A DNA stretch of 64,000 bases from the human T2T-CHM13v2.0 reference genome, Homo sapiens. Positions within the stretch are counted from its first letter, which is position 1. Every line of letters starts with the position of its first letter. Below, in pieces: positions 40,407 to 53,462 of the stretch. The notes under the pieces are model-generated. The model saw only the letters and a program-made list of their open reading frames with translations, did not search any database and was not told where the DNA came from. The DNA is taken from assembly GCF_009914755.1 (NCBI RefSeq), contig NC_060936.1; one strand, written 5' to 3'. The position numbers and the translations under genes were made by a program.

Positions 40407-40585
40407 TATACACCATGGAATACTATACAGCCATAAAAAAGAACGAGGTCATGTCTTTTGCAGGGACATGGTTGGAGCTGGAGGTCATTATCCTTAGCAA
40501 ACTAACACAGGAACAGAAAACAACATACCACATGTTCTCACTTATAAGTGTGAGCTAAATGTTGAGAACACATGGACACAGAGAG
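40407..40585 (+). mobile_element. Tailless internal L1 fragment flanked by 10-bp direct repeats
   Basis: AGTGCTTAAC at 40397-40406 and 40604-40613; no poly(A). Confidence 0.85.
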
Positions 40586-41487
40586 TTGTCACAGAGAGGA
40601 CACAGTGCTTAACATCACAGTGATTAATGCACCCAATCTGAGCACCCCATTGGAGGAGGTTAGAGGGGGCAAACATTCCAAACAGCAAATGAAACGGAGC
40701 GCCACCTGAACCTCCAGCCTTCCCTGCCCTGTGCAAAATTGGCTCGGGGAAGGCATCAGAGGAAGATGGAGGCTTATCCAACCAGAACAGCTCACAGCCC
40801 AACACCTCAACCTCCAAGCAGTGTGTTCCCATCACTTAACTCTGCGTGAGGCACATTTGAGAAAGGGGAATTTTGAAGAAATGGACATAAAAGCTAACTG
40901 GCCCATTAAGCTTGAAGACTTGCAAAAAGGTAGCATTTTTTTACAGGGGTTAGCTGTTAATAGACATGAGACAGTAGGCATAAACTTTCAAACAAACAGG
41001 ATTTGCGTTACATATTGAGACATTTCCTCATAACATTTTTTAAGGAAAACAATGAGTCACTAGGATAGATAGTTTTTGCTTTTCCTACCTCCTTTTGTAT
41101 AAGAGGACATCCATTTTCCTTTGGGAAGCTATCACTTCTCCTGTGCATGAAGCTTGGTGGGGGCACAATAACGCTCTCCCCTGGTCAAAAGTAGGCAGGC
41201 ATCTCCGGAGCTAGGACCAGCAGCCTCTCTCCCTGGGACTTGAATTACACTCAAAGGGAGTGAGGCCGGGTCAAGAATAGCTGAATTTCATTTGTCTCAT
41301 TTGTGGCACCTGAAAAGTCTATGCCCTTTATCCTGATCTATCTCTAGCATTGTCCTGGTTCCTACCTTTTCTGAGGGCTTTTTGTCCGGCTTTTAAATTC
41401 ATCCTCTGAGAGAGCCCCTATTCTTGCAATAAATTCATTTTTAAAAATGTTAGGTAGTGAGAATCAGTTTATTTTGGTTACAGTGAA

Positions 41488-41838
41488 CAGTTATGGGTCA
41501 CTAAGGATGGGGATACATTCCGAGAAATGCATTGTTAGGCGATTTCATCGTTGTGTGAACATCATAGAGTATATTCCACAAACCTAGAAGGCAGAGCATA
41601 CTACACACCTGGCCATACGGCATAGCCTATTGTTCCTGGGCTACACATCTGTATGGCAGGTGATTGCACAGAATGCTACAGGCAGCTGAAACACCATGGT
41701 AAGTATTTACCATGGTAAGTATTTGTGTATCTCAACATAGAAAAGTGAGAATAAAAATACAGTAGCATAATCTTATGGGACCACAGTGGTATACGCAGTT
41801 CATTGTTGACCGAAATGTTGGTATATGGCACATAACTG
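41488..41838 (+). mobile_element. Tigger3-type (TcMar) MITE
   Basis: TIR CAGTTATG...CATAACTG followed by TA; GAGAAATGCATTGTTAGGCGATTTCATCGTTGTGTGAACATCATAGAG. Confidence 0.85.
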
Positions 41839-42321
41839 TACCCTTTTGAATGAAGTTGACCAGCAAGGTGATTAGATCAAAGTATATTGGTTTTTGAGGT
41901 TTCATTCTAAACTGTCATTGAGATGCAAACTTTTTGTTTCTTTAGCAACTAGCAATCTCAGTCACCAAAGTGCAACTTGGACATCTTGTTCATTTGAATT
42001 CCCCCCAAAACAGGCCTAAGACAAGTTAATCTCTTTGCAGGAGGCGGGAGTGAGGCGTAAGCAGCAGGAGACAGTGACAGGGGAAGCCAACACAATGGTG
42101 TGTTGTCAAGGTTGCAGTGGTGCCCAGAGGAACTCGATTTACAGAGGGAGGATTCTCCCAGAATTGTCTGACTAAAGGCTAGAAGCCTGCATTCCTGGGG
42201 TTACAGGTTTCCCCGGGTGTGTAAACTCCATGCTTGGGAATGGGCTCCCATGATGTCAGAAAAACCCTGGAGCAAAACATGGAAAGATGTCCATAATGCC
42301 TGGAGGTGGGGCCAGCTCAGG

Positions 42322-42649
42322 TGATATGGTTTGGCTCTGTGTCCCCACCCAAATCTCACCTTGAATTGTAATAATCTCCATGTGTCATGGGAGGGACCTG
42401 GTAGGAGGTAATTGAATCATGGGGGCAGGTCTTTCCCATGCTTTTCTTGTGATAGTGAATAAGTCTCATGAGATCTGATGGTTTTATAAATGGGAATTCC
42501 CCTGCACAAGCTCTCTTGCCTGCCACCATGTAAGACATGCCCTTGCTTCCCCAGCCATGTGGAACTGTGAGTCCATTAGGCATCTTTCCTTTATAAATTA
42601 CCCAGTCTTGGGTATGTCTTTATTAGCAGTGTGAGAACAGACTAATATG
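42322..42649 (+). mobile_element. THE1(C)-type solo LTR nested in an older LTR
   Basis: TGATATGGTTTGGCTCTGTGTCCCCACCCAAATCTC start; TSD TCAGG (42317-42321, 42650-42654). Confidence 0.92.
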
Positions 42650-43286
42650 TCAGGGAATGACAAGTCTTCGCTCACATGGGTGCAACTGCCCAGCACGAAC
42701 GAGGGCCAAGAGGGCGTATAAGGGCACCGGAGACAGCAGCTCCAGAAATGGACTCAGTTGCTCCCATGCAAGGAGAGAAATTCCCCATGATAAAGTAGGG
42801 AACAAAAATGTGACTTACTTTTTGAAAAGGGGGCACACCTGGGCCTGCAACTTGCATGGAGGTGTGTGGCCAGCATTTACACTGATTTAAACAGCAGGTT
42901 TCAGAAGTAATTCTTCTTCACTCATGTGCTTATAAACCTTGGAGAGGCTGAAAGCTCACTTGATAAGATCATATCAAATACTTCATTAAATTAAGGATAC
43001 AAACATGGTGGTAGCCCTGCAGGTCATCCAGAGATCAAGGCTCCACATGCCCTGGATGAAGGCTCCACATCAGTAGGGCTGACACCATACAGGGAGCTGG
43101 CCTTGCACCTTTTGGGAGCACAGTTCGCCTCTGTCTGCCATTTCCAACATTCTTACTCTCTTCCTGGTGTGTGGGCAACTTCTTGAATTGCTAATATATT
43201 TGTTCTCTAAAATATGTACTTCATTTCTCATCATATTTACCCATTCCTCAAAACATCTTGCAAATAATATTCAGTTTTAAGAATAT

Positions 43287-43780
43287 TGTATCAGTCAGGG
43301 ATGTTAGTTGCAGACAACAGAATCCACTCTAGCTCTTTCAAGCGGAAAAGGATTTATTCAGGAATATGGATGGGATTGAAGAAACAGATTTCAGCTGAGT
43401 TCCCAAGAGCAATGCCTGGAACCAGAGAGTGGGCCACCAAGAACCTGCTGCTTGTCATGACTAGAAAGCTTACAAATCAGACAGATGGTTCTAGAACCTC
43501 ATTGCCTCTCCCACAGTCTGAGCCAGCAAAATGGATGCCCACACACTTCCTTTTCCCCACGTTGGAAACGAAATCTCACACAGGTGCATCCAGTTGGCAG
43601 GGACTGGATCGCAAGCCCATATACCCTCACAGACACTTTGCTGCCTTTCAGGAAAATCTGAGCCAAGTAGATTTTTGGAAAGTACCTTGTGGGGATGAGA
43701 TTTACACAGTGGAGAGAGCTCTCAAAGCTCAGAGAGAGTATTTTGTGGGCAGCTGCAACAGTTTTCCACTACATGTGTCA
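43287..43780 (-). mobile_element. Ancient MLT1-type LTR
   Basis: TGTATCAGTCAGGGATGTTAGTTGCAGACAACAGAATCCACTCTAGC terminus. Confidence 0.55.
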
Positions 43781-45859
43781 ACATTCCATGGCCTCGTGTT
43801 CTCCTGATGTTATAGTACAGAAACTCATGTTCTGCTAAGTCTATTCATTCTCTTAAATATTGGAACTATGTACCCTCTATGCTTCACCCCATCTCCCAGC
43901 GACATAAAGAAATGGTACCTTGTAAGATTCTTTTGTCCACCACAGACTAAATTTGAGGACATTAAATGTCAAACGGATACAAGAATTGTGAATTTACGTT
44001 TCATGGAAAAAGAAATAAACCTCTTAAAGACAGATGTCCAGATCAGGTATAAAAAGATTTTTTTCCTCCTGTTATATCATATTCAGGCGTAATATTTAAA
44101 AATGAAAAAAAAAAAAAGCCCAACAACCACCCCTGGGATGGCATAGCCACTGACCAATCAGAGGAGATGCCTGGCCAACCATGCTTGATGGTGTTGGGCC
44201 AGCCATGCAGGTGAATTCCAGTTTACAGAGGACAAAGGAATGCTCCGAGAATATGCCATTTGTTCCTTCATATTTTCCAGGTCCTTACAGTTCAGAAGAG
44301 ACCTGTGAACACTTCTAGCCACTAAAATGTACGGGTCAATGTTGTTTGTTACTTGTGGGTTGAAGCAATACAGCTTTCATGTTCAATTGCCTATTCTTTC
44401 TCCTCACCTGACACGGCCACCAAGGAGGCTCTGTGTTCCAGATGATGCAGTGAGGAGATGCTGGAGCCTCCATTAGCCTGGTTACCTGAGTCACACGTGG
44501 AGAAGAGCTTCCTCCTGACCCACACAGGACATATAGCAGGAGGAATAATTAGGCTTTTCTTGTCTTAAGGCAATGTGATTTGGGAGCAAGTTTTTATTCC
44601 AATATAACCCAACTTATCCTGATTAATACACAACACTTTCCAAATTCAGCTTCAGCAACTCACTCTATACCTAATCATTAAATTCTGGGCTGTCCTTCTG
44701 GGCAGCAGGATAGATTGCTCAGATATGAAACCTCAAAATTTCCTCCATAGGCTGGGTGGCTAGCCCTTCATCTCCTGGTTACTGCCCTGATTTCTGCTGT
44801 AATGAGCTTGGGCAGGTCCAGCCTAAGTTAGTATGAAGGTCTCACATCCCTTTCTTCCTCAATGTGTCCTCCTAACTGTGGTTGACTTCTTAAAAAAACC
44901 TTTTCAATCAATTTCCCAACAAAGATCAGTAACCTAATCAGTAGAATAATAACCAATCACCCTGTCCTTGTCTTTTGCTTGTTTGGCCAAACTCTGTTAT
45001 TTGAGCCCCTACTCCTACCCCTGGCCTCCCAAATAAATAGCAAACGCTGCGACAATGATGGGCTGTGGGTTTTTTATTTCTTCCACATTAAACATAAGAG
45101 CTATTAGTTGACCATAGAAATACTATATCTAATTAGCAATAATGCCGTGTTGCTATAAATAACCTGTGTGCTTCTTTTGACAAGTGCAGAGTATCAGTCA
45201 AATTGGCACCTGCATTGCAAACAGATTTATAAACCGCTCTGTTTCTTAAAGTACATCAGCTCTTGGGTTTCGTGGCTGTGGTATGGTATGCAGAGGGATT
45301 GCATTTTGGCACTCACACTAAAATGAAATAAAATAATAAAATAAAATAATTCTTCTACCTTTGGGGAGGCAGCAAGATTTTATGCTGCAGATCCCACATG
45401 AGGCTGGGCATGTGGTCATGCCTTCTCCCTGTGAGGCTGGCTTCTCAAAGCCATTGAAACAGCCAAATGCATGGTGCTCTTCCCTTCCTTTTTAACGTAA
45501 ATTTCAAAATCTTATCAAGGTTATCCAAGCTCATTGTTAAAATGTTACCCGTCCAAAAGCGTTTACAATGAAATGCCATAGCACGTATCCACCCTTCCCT
45601 AACTCCATTTTTGTTTCCTTCAGGCAATTGTTTTCAACTCTTCTATGTTATAAAGGTTTTTCCCCATATATCTAAATAATGTGCTATATTCCCCTTTTTT
45701 GATATAGCAGTTTTAGACTTTAGCTACTGATTTCCTGGTATGATCAATGAAATTTTATCTCTGACTGCCTTCTACTTTCTCTCCTTTCTCAGGCAATATG
45801 ATCATGTTCCCCTTTTGATTTCTCTATTGGCTGTATTTATAATTTCAAGGAAATACACC

Positions 45860-46275
45860 TCTAATCAAAGACAAACACTGCATCGTCTTACTTATAGGTG
45901 ATATCTAAAGAAGCTGAACTCACAGAAATGGTGGGTAGAAGGGTGGTTGCCAGGAACTGGGTGAGGTGTTGGGGGAAATGGGGAATTTTGGTTAAAGGGT
46001 ACACATTTTCAGCTATAAAATGAGTAAGTTTTGTAGACTTGATGTACAGCATGTTTAGTATAGTTAATAATAATATATCACATACTTGAAATTTGCTGAG
46101 AGCATAGATCTTAAACGCTCTCACTACCAAAAAAAAGGTAACTCTGGGAACGAATGAATTTATTAGCTTGATAGTGGCAATCATTTCACAATGTATATAT
46201 GTATCAAGACATCATATTATACACCTTAAACATACACAATGTTTATTTGCCAGTTATACCTCAATAAAGCTGGGG
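45860..46275 (+). mobile_element. L1M(A/B) 3' end
   Basis: CTTGAAATTTGCTGAGAG...TATACCTCAATAAAGCTGG. Confidence 0.8.
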
Positions 46276-46299
46276 GGAGAAAGAGATAATGCCTTGGTC

Positions 46300-46861
46300 C
46301 CTGAATAGTTTAAGAACATGTCTGCAGATTCTTCGACATTCCTGCCATGTGGAAGTGGAGTCTGGTTTTCTCCCCTTCAACACAGGCTGGTCTTAGGACT
46401 CACCTCTAGCTGTATCACCTTTTGGAACCTAGCCCCGGAAGTAGCAAGCATCACTTCCTCTAGAATGCAGTAGAAGTGATGGTTGCTACTTCCGAGGCTA
46501 GGTCCTAAAAGCCAAGACAGCTTCAACCTTGTTTTCTTGCTGGGGGCACTTGCTCTTGGAACTCAGTCACCATGCTGTGAAGAAGCCCTGGCCACATGGA
46601 GAGGCCACATGCAGGTGATCTGGTCAATAGCCCAGACTGTAATCGGTATCCCCCACAGCAGATGTGTAAATGCAGAGGCTTTTCAGAGGACCACGTAGAC
46701 TCTACCTTGCTGCACTCAACAGGAGACCCTGAGCAGAAGCCACCTGGCAGAGTCCTGAAGACCCCCGGAGCCATATGGCAGAACATAATATAAATGGCTG
46801 TTGTTGTAATAAGGATACTATGGTTTGCTGGTTTCTTGTGCAGCAATAGATAACTGATAAC
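46300..46861 (+). mobile_element. MLT1E/F-like LTR
   Basis: CACTTGCTCTTGGAACTCAGTCACCATGCTGTGA...GCAGCAATAGATAACTGATA. Confidence 0.7.
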
Positions 46862-47108
46862 CCCCGCCTCCCGCTTTGCAAGACGAGAATATTAGCCCTG
46901 CTAAAGCTCCTCTTTGGTTCATCTCTGGTGTTAGCTTCCTAACTTTTCTCATTTCTAACTTTGACTTTTATACTCTCAAGGATGATAACGTCTACATTGT
47001 GTTCTGAAACATAATGAAGTCATCTGTGCTTCGTACAAAGGTTGGATCTCAGAGTTGAAATCCACTAACATATCTATTATACTCTTACAAATATTGTTCA
47101 CTGTGGAG

Positions 47109-47328
47109 CAGGCTTTCTCAGACTTGACACTATTGATATTTTGGGCTGCATAATTCTTTGTTATCAGGATGTTCCATGCCTTGTAAGTTGTGCATTGCAG
47201 CATCTCTGGCCTCCACCCACTAGATGCCAGTAGCATCCCTCATCCCCCTAGTATGACAGCCCAAAATGTCTCCAGTCATCGCCAGTGTCTCCTGAGGGAG
47301 AAAAATCACTCTCAGTTAAGAACCACTG
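47109..47328 (+). mobile_element. MER20 (hAT-Charlie)
   Basis: CTGGCCTCCACCCACTAGATGCCAGTAGCA...AAAATGTCTCCAG...GAACCACTG. Confidence 0.88.
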
Positions 47329-47839
47329 CGGTGGGGCGAAGAATTGTCCTTGGATTCTGTTTCTTTTCATTATAATACTTTGTGTCTCCTGGAGTTACTC
47401 ATTGCCTTCCTTTTTTTCCTCTTTAGTTAATATAATTTACTTTGTTCATAATCTTAGGTTTTGCCAAGCTCTTCACTGACCTTGCCATTTTCCCGGGGAT
47501 CCTCCCATCAGAATATTTTGTCTTCTGTTCCGATGAATATGTTCTCTAGACCTGCTGCATAGATCAGGACTTCTTTTTACTTGATACAAAATTTGTTTTA
47601 AATATACACATTTAAAATGGGAGAAATTTTCAAAACGCAGAAACGAATGCAAAAATTCTTGATTTTCTTGATTTTCTTCATGTCACCAGCAAGTACGGAC
47701 TCCACTGTATACAGTGAGCTTTGTGCAACCAGAGCTGGCTTTAGGTAACAGACAAACCTTTCAAAAACAGAATATAGTCTATTTAGAAATAATATTTTAT
47801 TGTACTAGTGGAGCTTGCTATTAAAAATCAGACTAAGCA

Positions 47840-48052
47840 GGCAGGGCACGGTGGCTCATGCCTATAATCCCAGCACTTTGGACGTCGAGGCAGCAGATCA
47901 CTTGAGGTCAGGAGTTTGAGACCAGACTGGCCAACATGGCAAAACCCCATCTCTATTAAAAATACAAAATTAGCCAGGCATGGTGGCCACGCCTGCAGTC
48001 CCAGCTACTCAGGAGGCTGAGACATGAGACTCCCTTGAACCTGGGAGGTAGA
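47840..48052 (+). mobile_element. AluS, 3'-truncated
   Basis: Left monomer plus partial right monomer, no tail. Confidence 0.9.
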
Positions 48053-48214
48053 AACTGTTTTTTTCTTTTCCATTTTATATATTTTTTAATTATCCTAAGC
48101 AAACTCAAGGCCCAACTCAAATGCTACATCTTCCTTGATCTCCCCAAGTGGAAATAATCAGTGTGCATATTGTTTATATTTTATTAGAGACATTATATAA
48201 AATAAATACGGAAA

Positions 48215-48900
48215 CAGGAGAGCTTAGGGTGAGGAGTGCGAGCTTTGGGGCCAGAGAGCCTGGCTTTGAATCTCAGTTCCTATGCCTACTAGCTCTGTGA
48301 CTTTCGGCAAAATAGTGACCGTACTGTACTGCACTGTGTCTGTTTTCTCATCTGCGAAATCGGGACTGGAAAAGTTTCCATGCTATTGGGTTGAAGGGAA
48401 GGATTTCATACATGAAAGGTGGTTATTGCCATGACTGGCGCATGCTAAGCAAAGCTACATGTTCACCATTGTTGGCGTCATCCACGCTGCCTGACTTTAA
48501 GAACTCCTCAACCAGCCTGGGAGTGGAGACAGGCACCTGGCCTGAGGGATCTGAGTCCTAGCTTTACACAGCATCAGATGTGGGACTTTGGCCAAGGTAT
48601 GTCAGTTCTTGGAGGCCAACTTTCCTCATCTTCACTGTGGAGTTAAATGAGATGCAGGAGAATCGCCACCCGCACAGTCTTTGGACTCGGGTGGCCTGTG
48701 TTCAAATCCCAGCTTTGTCACTTCCATGTTTTGTGACTTTGCAAGTTACTGAAACTCTCTGCAGCTCATTTTTCTTATCTGAAAAACAAGGTTCCAAGTA
48801 GTATCTACCACAGAGAGTTCTTATGCGGATCCAATGAGTTAACGCAGGCAAAGTGTTAAAGCAGTGCTTGGCATTATTAATTTGTAAATAAGGCTGCTTA
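48215..48900 (+). mobile_element. Cluster of MIR fragments
   Basis: TTTCTCATCTGCGAAAT, TTTCCTCATCT and TTTCTTATCTGAAAAA cores. Confidence 0.7.
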
Positions 48901-50512
48901 TTAGTAGTATCCTAACATATGCAATGACTTACATGGATTCAATTACGTTCCTGGCAAAAGGAAAAAGCAAGAGAGAGAGGAAGAGGAGGGAAGAAGACAT
49001 AACCTGCCGTGCCTTTCAATGCACTCAAGTTTGTCCTGCAGTATAGGAGGCAGGAACCTGCTGTTTACCCAGTGGCCCCCAGCCCCCACAGCCACTCACA
49101 GTGTGAGCATCTCACTGCAGTCAGTAGCTTTAGTATTAAAGATACATATTTTTCACACCCAGGATCCCTGAGCACAAGCCAACAACTCCACTTGGTGCTC
49201 AGCCAATGAACAATAATGTGTCAATGCTGAAAGAAAGACGGGAAGTTTCGAGCCGTAGAAGCTGTATTTTATGAGTGGTTTGAGGGACTTTCAAGGGTGA
49301 TGTTGATTGCTTGTTATTTTCGCATCATGTGTTTGCTCTGGAAACTAAACTTCTTTCTGGAATGGGACTTCATTGCCAAGACCAGTGAACTCTCAGTGAA
49401 GCATTGGAGGCTTGCGATAAGAAAGGGTGAATGAACTATAGGAACATGAGTTCTTGGCCACCTTCATTCCTATGCAAATTGACATTTGGTTTCTCTCTGG
49501 AGGAAATGCCTGGCCAGGATCACAGGGCAATGCCTGTGGGCATGGGCCTTGAGCATCTCTTCTCATGCACACCTACCTATGCATGTGGGTTTGCAGAGCC
49601 CACAGGTTAGGACTTAAGAAGCATCTCAAGGGACAGGAAGGTTCTCATACCATTTGCCCCTGTCTGCCGCGGCACCAGACCTTGGCCCAGACAATCATCC
49701 CAGGATGTGGTGTCAAACTCCGGTTCTAACCCGGGGCCTTGGAGGTGGTAATGGTCACCTGGTAACCTAGGACCTCACACCTAAGCCAGAGGGCGAAGTG
49801 ACAGCTCCAGGTAATTGCTGCCTTATAGGAATGTGAACCAGACTGACCCATGTCCTGATTTTCCCAGAGGAGCCAAGAAACAATATTGGTAGGTGAGATC
49901 TCCTAACTTTTACATTTGGCTCACTTTTTGTGAAATGCTCTGTGAAGTTTGAACAAACACATTTGCAGGGTGCACTGGCCTAAGGGCTCCCCTTTGTGAC
50001 TTCATTAGGAACTCTTGCCCTGCTGTCTGGACTCAGCAACGAGGTGAATGTTTTCCCAGGACCCCCGATTCATTTCTCTGGGTCACCCCACAACCCCTGC
50101 TGTCTGGGAATAAGGTCTCCTTCATTCTGAGCCGCCTGAAGAAATCTCCTGTATCACAAAAGCACTGCTTCGTTTTGCATAACTAATTTCAAATCTTATT
50201 TAGCGTCAAGTTTCAGAATTAAGAAGCTAAATGACAGCTGTTTAATTAACTCCTTAAGCTGATTAGGCAGTGCTACTGAAATCCCCTCAAGGAGGAATTT
50301 CTAACTCTGGGGAGAACCTAGGCCATGTTACTGCCTCTGTTTAAATTTAGTAAGCTGCTAAACCCATCGACCACACGTACCTGACATCCTCAAGCATGTG
50401 GCCAAATATGGATTTTTATTTATTATGTTAACTGCTACAGAAGATGCCAAGTGATAATAACAATAACTTCCTTTGATCCACTAAGAAAATCTGTCATCTG
50501 TCCTGCGTTAGG

Positions 50513-50514
<2 letters not shown>

Positions 50515-50570
<56 letters not shown>
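50515..50570. repeat. Uninterrupted (AT)28
   Basis: Directly visible. Confidence 0.97.
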
Positions 50571-50573
<3 letters not shown>

Positions 50574-50821
50574 GCAAGTCGGAGTTTTTCCGAAGACACT
50601 TGATTATGTTATAAATCCCATGGGTTTCAATGCACTGTGTTAGGAGAGGGGTTTGGATTAACCTTGGGCCCCCACATAATGGGTTGTACATCCTTCTCTT
50701 CATTAATAAGAGAAAGCCACATGAATGAGTTTAAGACCTTAAGCCAGTTTTATTCTTAAGATTGATGTTTTTAAAGTGGAATTTCCAAGGAAGAGGAAAC
50801 CACAATATTTACCTGATTTTA

Positions 50822-51213
50822 TTTTTATTTATTTTTTAATATATATATATATTTTATTATACTTTAAGTTCTAGGGGACATGTGCACAATGTGCAGGTTT
50901 GTTACATAGGTATACATGTGCCATGTTGGTGTGCTGCACCCATTAACTCGTCATTTACATTAGGTATATCTCCTAATGCTATCCCTCCCCACTACCCCCA
51001 CCCCACAACAGGCCCTGGTGTGTAATGTTCCCCTTCCTGTGTCCAAGAGTTCTTATTGTTCAATTCCCACCTATGAGTGAGAATATGCGGTGTTTGGTTT
51101 TTTGTCCTTGCGATAGTTTGCTGAGAATGATGGTTTCCAGCTTTATCCATGTCCCTACAAATGACTTGAACTCATCTTTTTTATGGCTGCATAGTATTCC
51201 ACGGTGTATACGT
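50822..51213 (-). mobile_element. Young-type L1PA (~PA4-6) short 3' end
   Basis: L1 3'UTR; TSD TTACCTGATTTTA at 50809-50821 and 51217-51229. Confidence 0.92.
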
Positions 51214-51569
51214 TTATTACCTGATTTTAAATGTGAGGCTAAGGCTGCCTGGGCATCCCAGGACATCGACGCTGTGTACAAGATGATGAATTTGTTTCCC
51301 CCTTTATAATCCTTAGCTGGGCAACATTGGGTGGATGGTAACAAAACATGGTGTAGACAGTGTGAAGAAGCATGAGACGTGTGTTTTGGAGAACCTGCCA
51401 TTGACCTAAGGTTGTTAGAAACCGCAGTTTAACTTTTGAATTGAGTTTAGCGGGATGAGTCCAGTAATCCGGTGGGGAGTGGTGCGGAACCCACAGATTT
51501 TGTGGGCTGGTTTTGAGTGCTGAAAATGTCAGCTCCTTGCTCAAGACCTAGAGGTTTTCCATTTTTGTG

Positions 51570-51968
51570 TTGTTTTGAGTTTTTGTTTTGGGCAGCTTTA
51601 TTGAGATAAAATTCATATACCATAAAATTCATCTGCTTAAAGTGTGCAATTCATTAGTTTTTAATATAGTCACAGATGCGTGCAGTATTACCACAGTCAA
51701 TTTTTGAACATTTTTATTGCCTTAAAAAAAATCCTATGTCCTTAGCTACTTCCCCACCCCTCACTACCACCGTGCTTCAGCCCTGGCAATCACAAATCTA
51801 CTTTCTGTCTGCCTGAATTTTCCAGTTCCAGATGCTCAACCTGAATCGAATCATGTGATGTGTGGTCTTTTGAGACTGGCTGCTTTCACGTACTGTGATG
51901 CCATCATGGTTCATCCATGCTGTAGCACGGGTCAGTGTTTCGTTCCTTTCACAGCTGAATAATACTCC
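51570..51968 (-). mobile_element. L1MB/ME 3' end
   Basis: GCTTTATTGAGATAAAATTCATATACCATAAAATTC. Confidence 0.75.
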
Positions 51969-53462
51969 TCAAGGCACACAGGTTTAATGCTTTCCATTTA
52001 ACAAAAATCAATTCCGATGCTGTTATGATCAGTTAATCAACTAGGGTTCCAAGGACCGCATCCCGCCCATGGAAATGATTTGTTTGGACTGTACAGATTT
52101 AATTCTTTTTCAATGGATCACAACATTTGAAAATGAGAATATCTGCATAAGATCCGGACTTCTGGTTTGTCTTGGAAAATCAGAAGTTCAGCAATTCCGG
52201 GGCATCATTCAGTGAATGTGTCCTTGTGGCCTCTCTCCTCTTCTCCAGAGCTGACGTCTCCATTGAATTGGGAGGTCCAGGATTCTCCGGGAGGGTCTGA
52301 ATCCAGGCTCCCTTGCTGAGGTGCCTCTAGACGAGCAACACACGTGTGATCCAGCTGTGCCAACGTTGTCCAGTTCCAACAACGGAGGCTAAAACTTATA
52401 AGAAATGTGACAGGCACAGGGTAAACACTCAGCTTCGGGTGTAACTTTTTAAAATAACAAGCTACTCTTTGTATCAGAAATACTAAATCTGGTGATTTAT
52501 CAGTCTCCTTGATAAGAAAAGTCTGACAATATGATGCTGTTGAGTACACTCAGCATATATCAAAGATCGACAACTACGGATGTTGATAATGAAGGTTCTT
52601 TTAAGAAACGTACACTTCATTTATAGCTTCCAAACATCAATTCCATGAAACCCAGCATGAATATTTAATTTATGTCTGTTGATAGAGTCCTCTTGATAGC
52701 ATAAAGCATCTGCTCTTTGAAACTGGGGGAGGTTTTGCCTGCAGCCTCTAAGTAAATGGGTTCTCAGTCCTCTACTATATCACTACAGAAAAATGCATGT
52801 CAAATTGTCAAAGGCTACAGAATTTTCTGTAGGCTGGGAGAAGCCTATCAGTTTTATGGGACATGAAACTAAGGAATTAATTCAATTGGTATGGAAAGGA
52901 CATAGAAAATTGATAAACATCAAAGAGCTGCTCTCAGACTTCATTTAACTAAATCAGTAAACCTAAAAGTGGGTCTTGTTTAGAATTTTAACCCTCTAGA
53001 GGCACCGAAAGTGCTTATAAGTCCTTTTTTAACCTGCAAGCCACAGGGATTTCAGCAAGACTTATTGGTGGGGCTGGGAGCCAAGTCTTGATTATCTGTG
53101 CTGATGAGGGTGCAGTGGTGTGGCTAATCCCAAATAGTGTAAAACCCAAAAGTCATTTGCAGTTTGGCCCTGGAATACATTAAGTGCATTTTCTTGCCTT
53201 CACCAGACAACTTCTTAATTATGTTTCTTTTAGGCTAGTGTAAAAATGAATTTACATGTCTTCTGCCCACACTAATTGAGAAGAGGGTAGATGCAATTAA
53301 GATTATTCTGGGAGGCAGGATAAAATCAATCTGGGGTTTTAAATTGGTCACAGTCACCCATGCATTGACTTAGACTTCATAACCTGCTGACCAAGGAAAT
53401 GCATCTGAGGTCTATGCTTCCCTTTCCTGAGAAAGGAAGAACATCAGCAGTCTCTGCTACTT

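Noticed and set aside
43286-43807. 173-aa ORF
   Set aside because: Coincides with an ancient MLT1-like LTR; no protein similarity recognised
40156-47680. Small tandem duplications (13 bp at 40156, 16 bp at 41693, 9 bp near 47656)
   Set aside because: Ordinary slippage events with no further pattern
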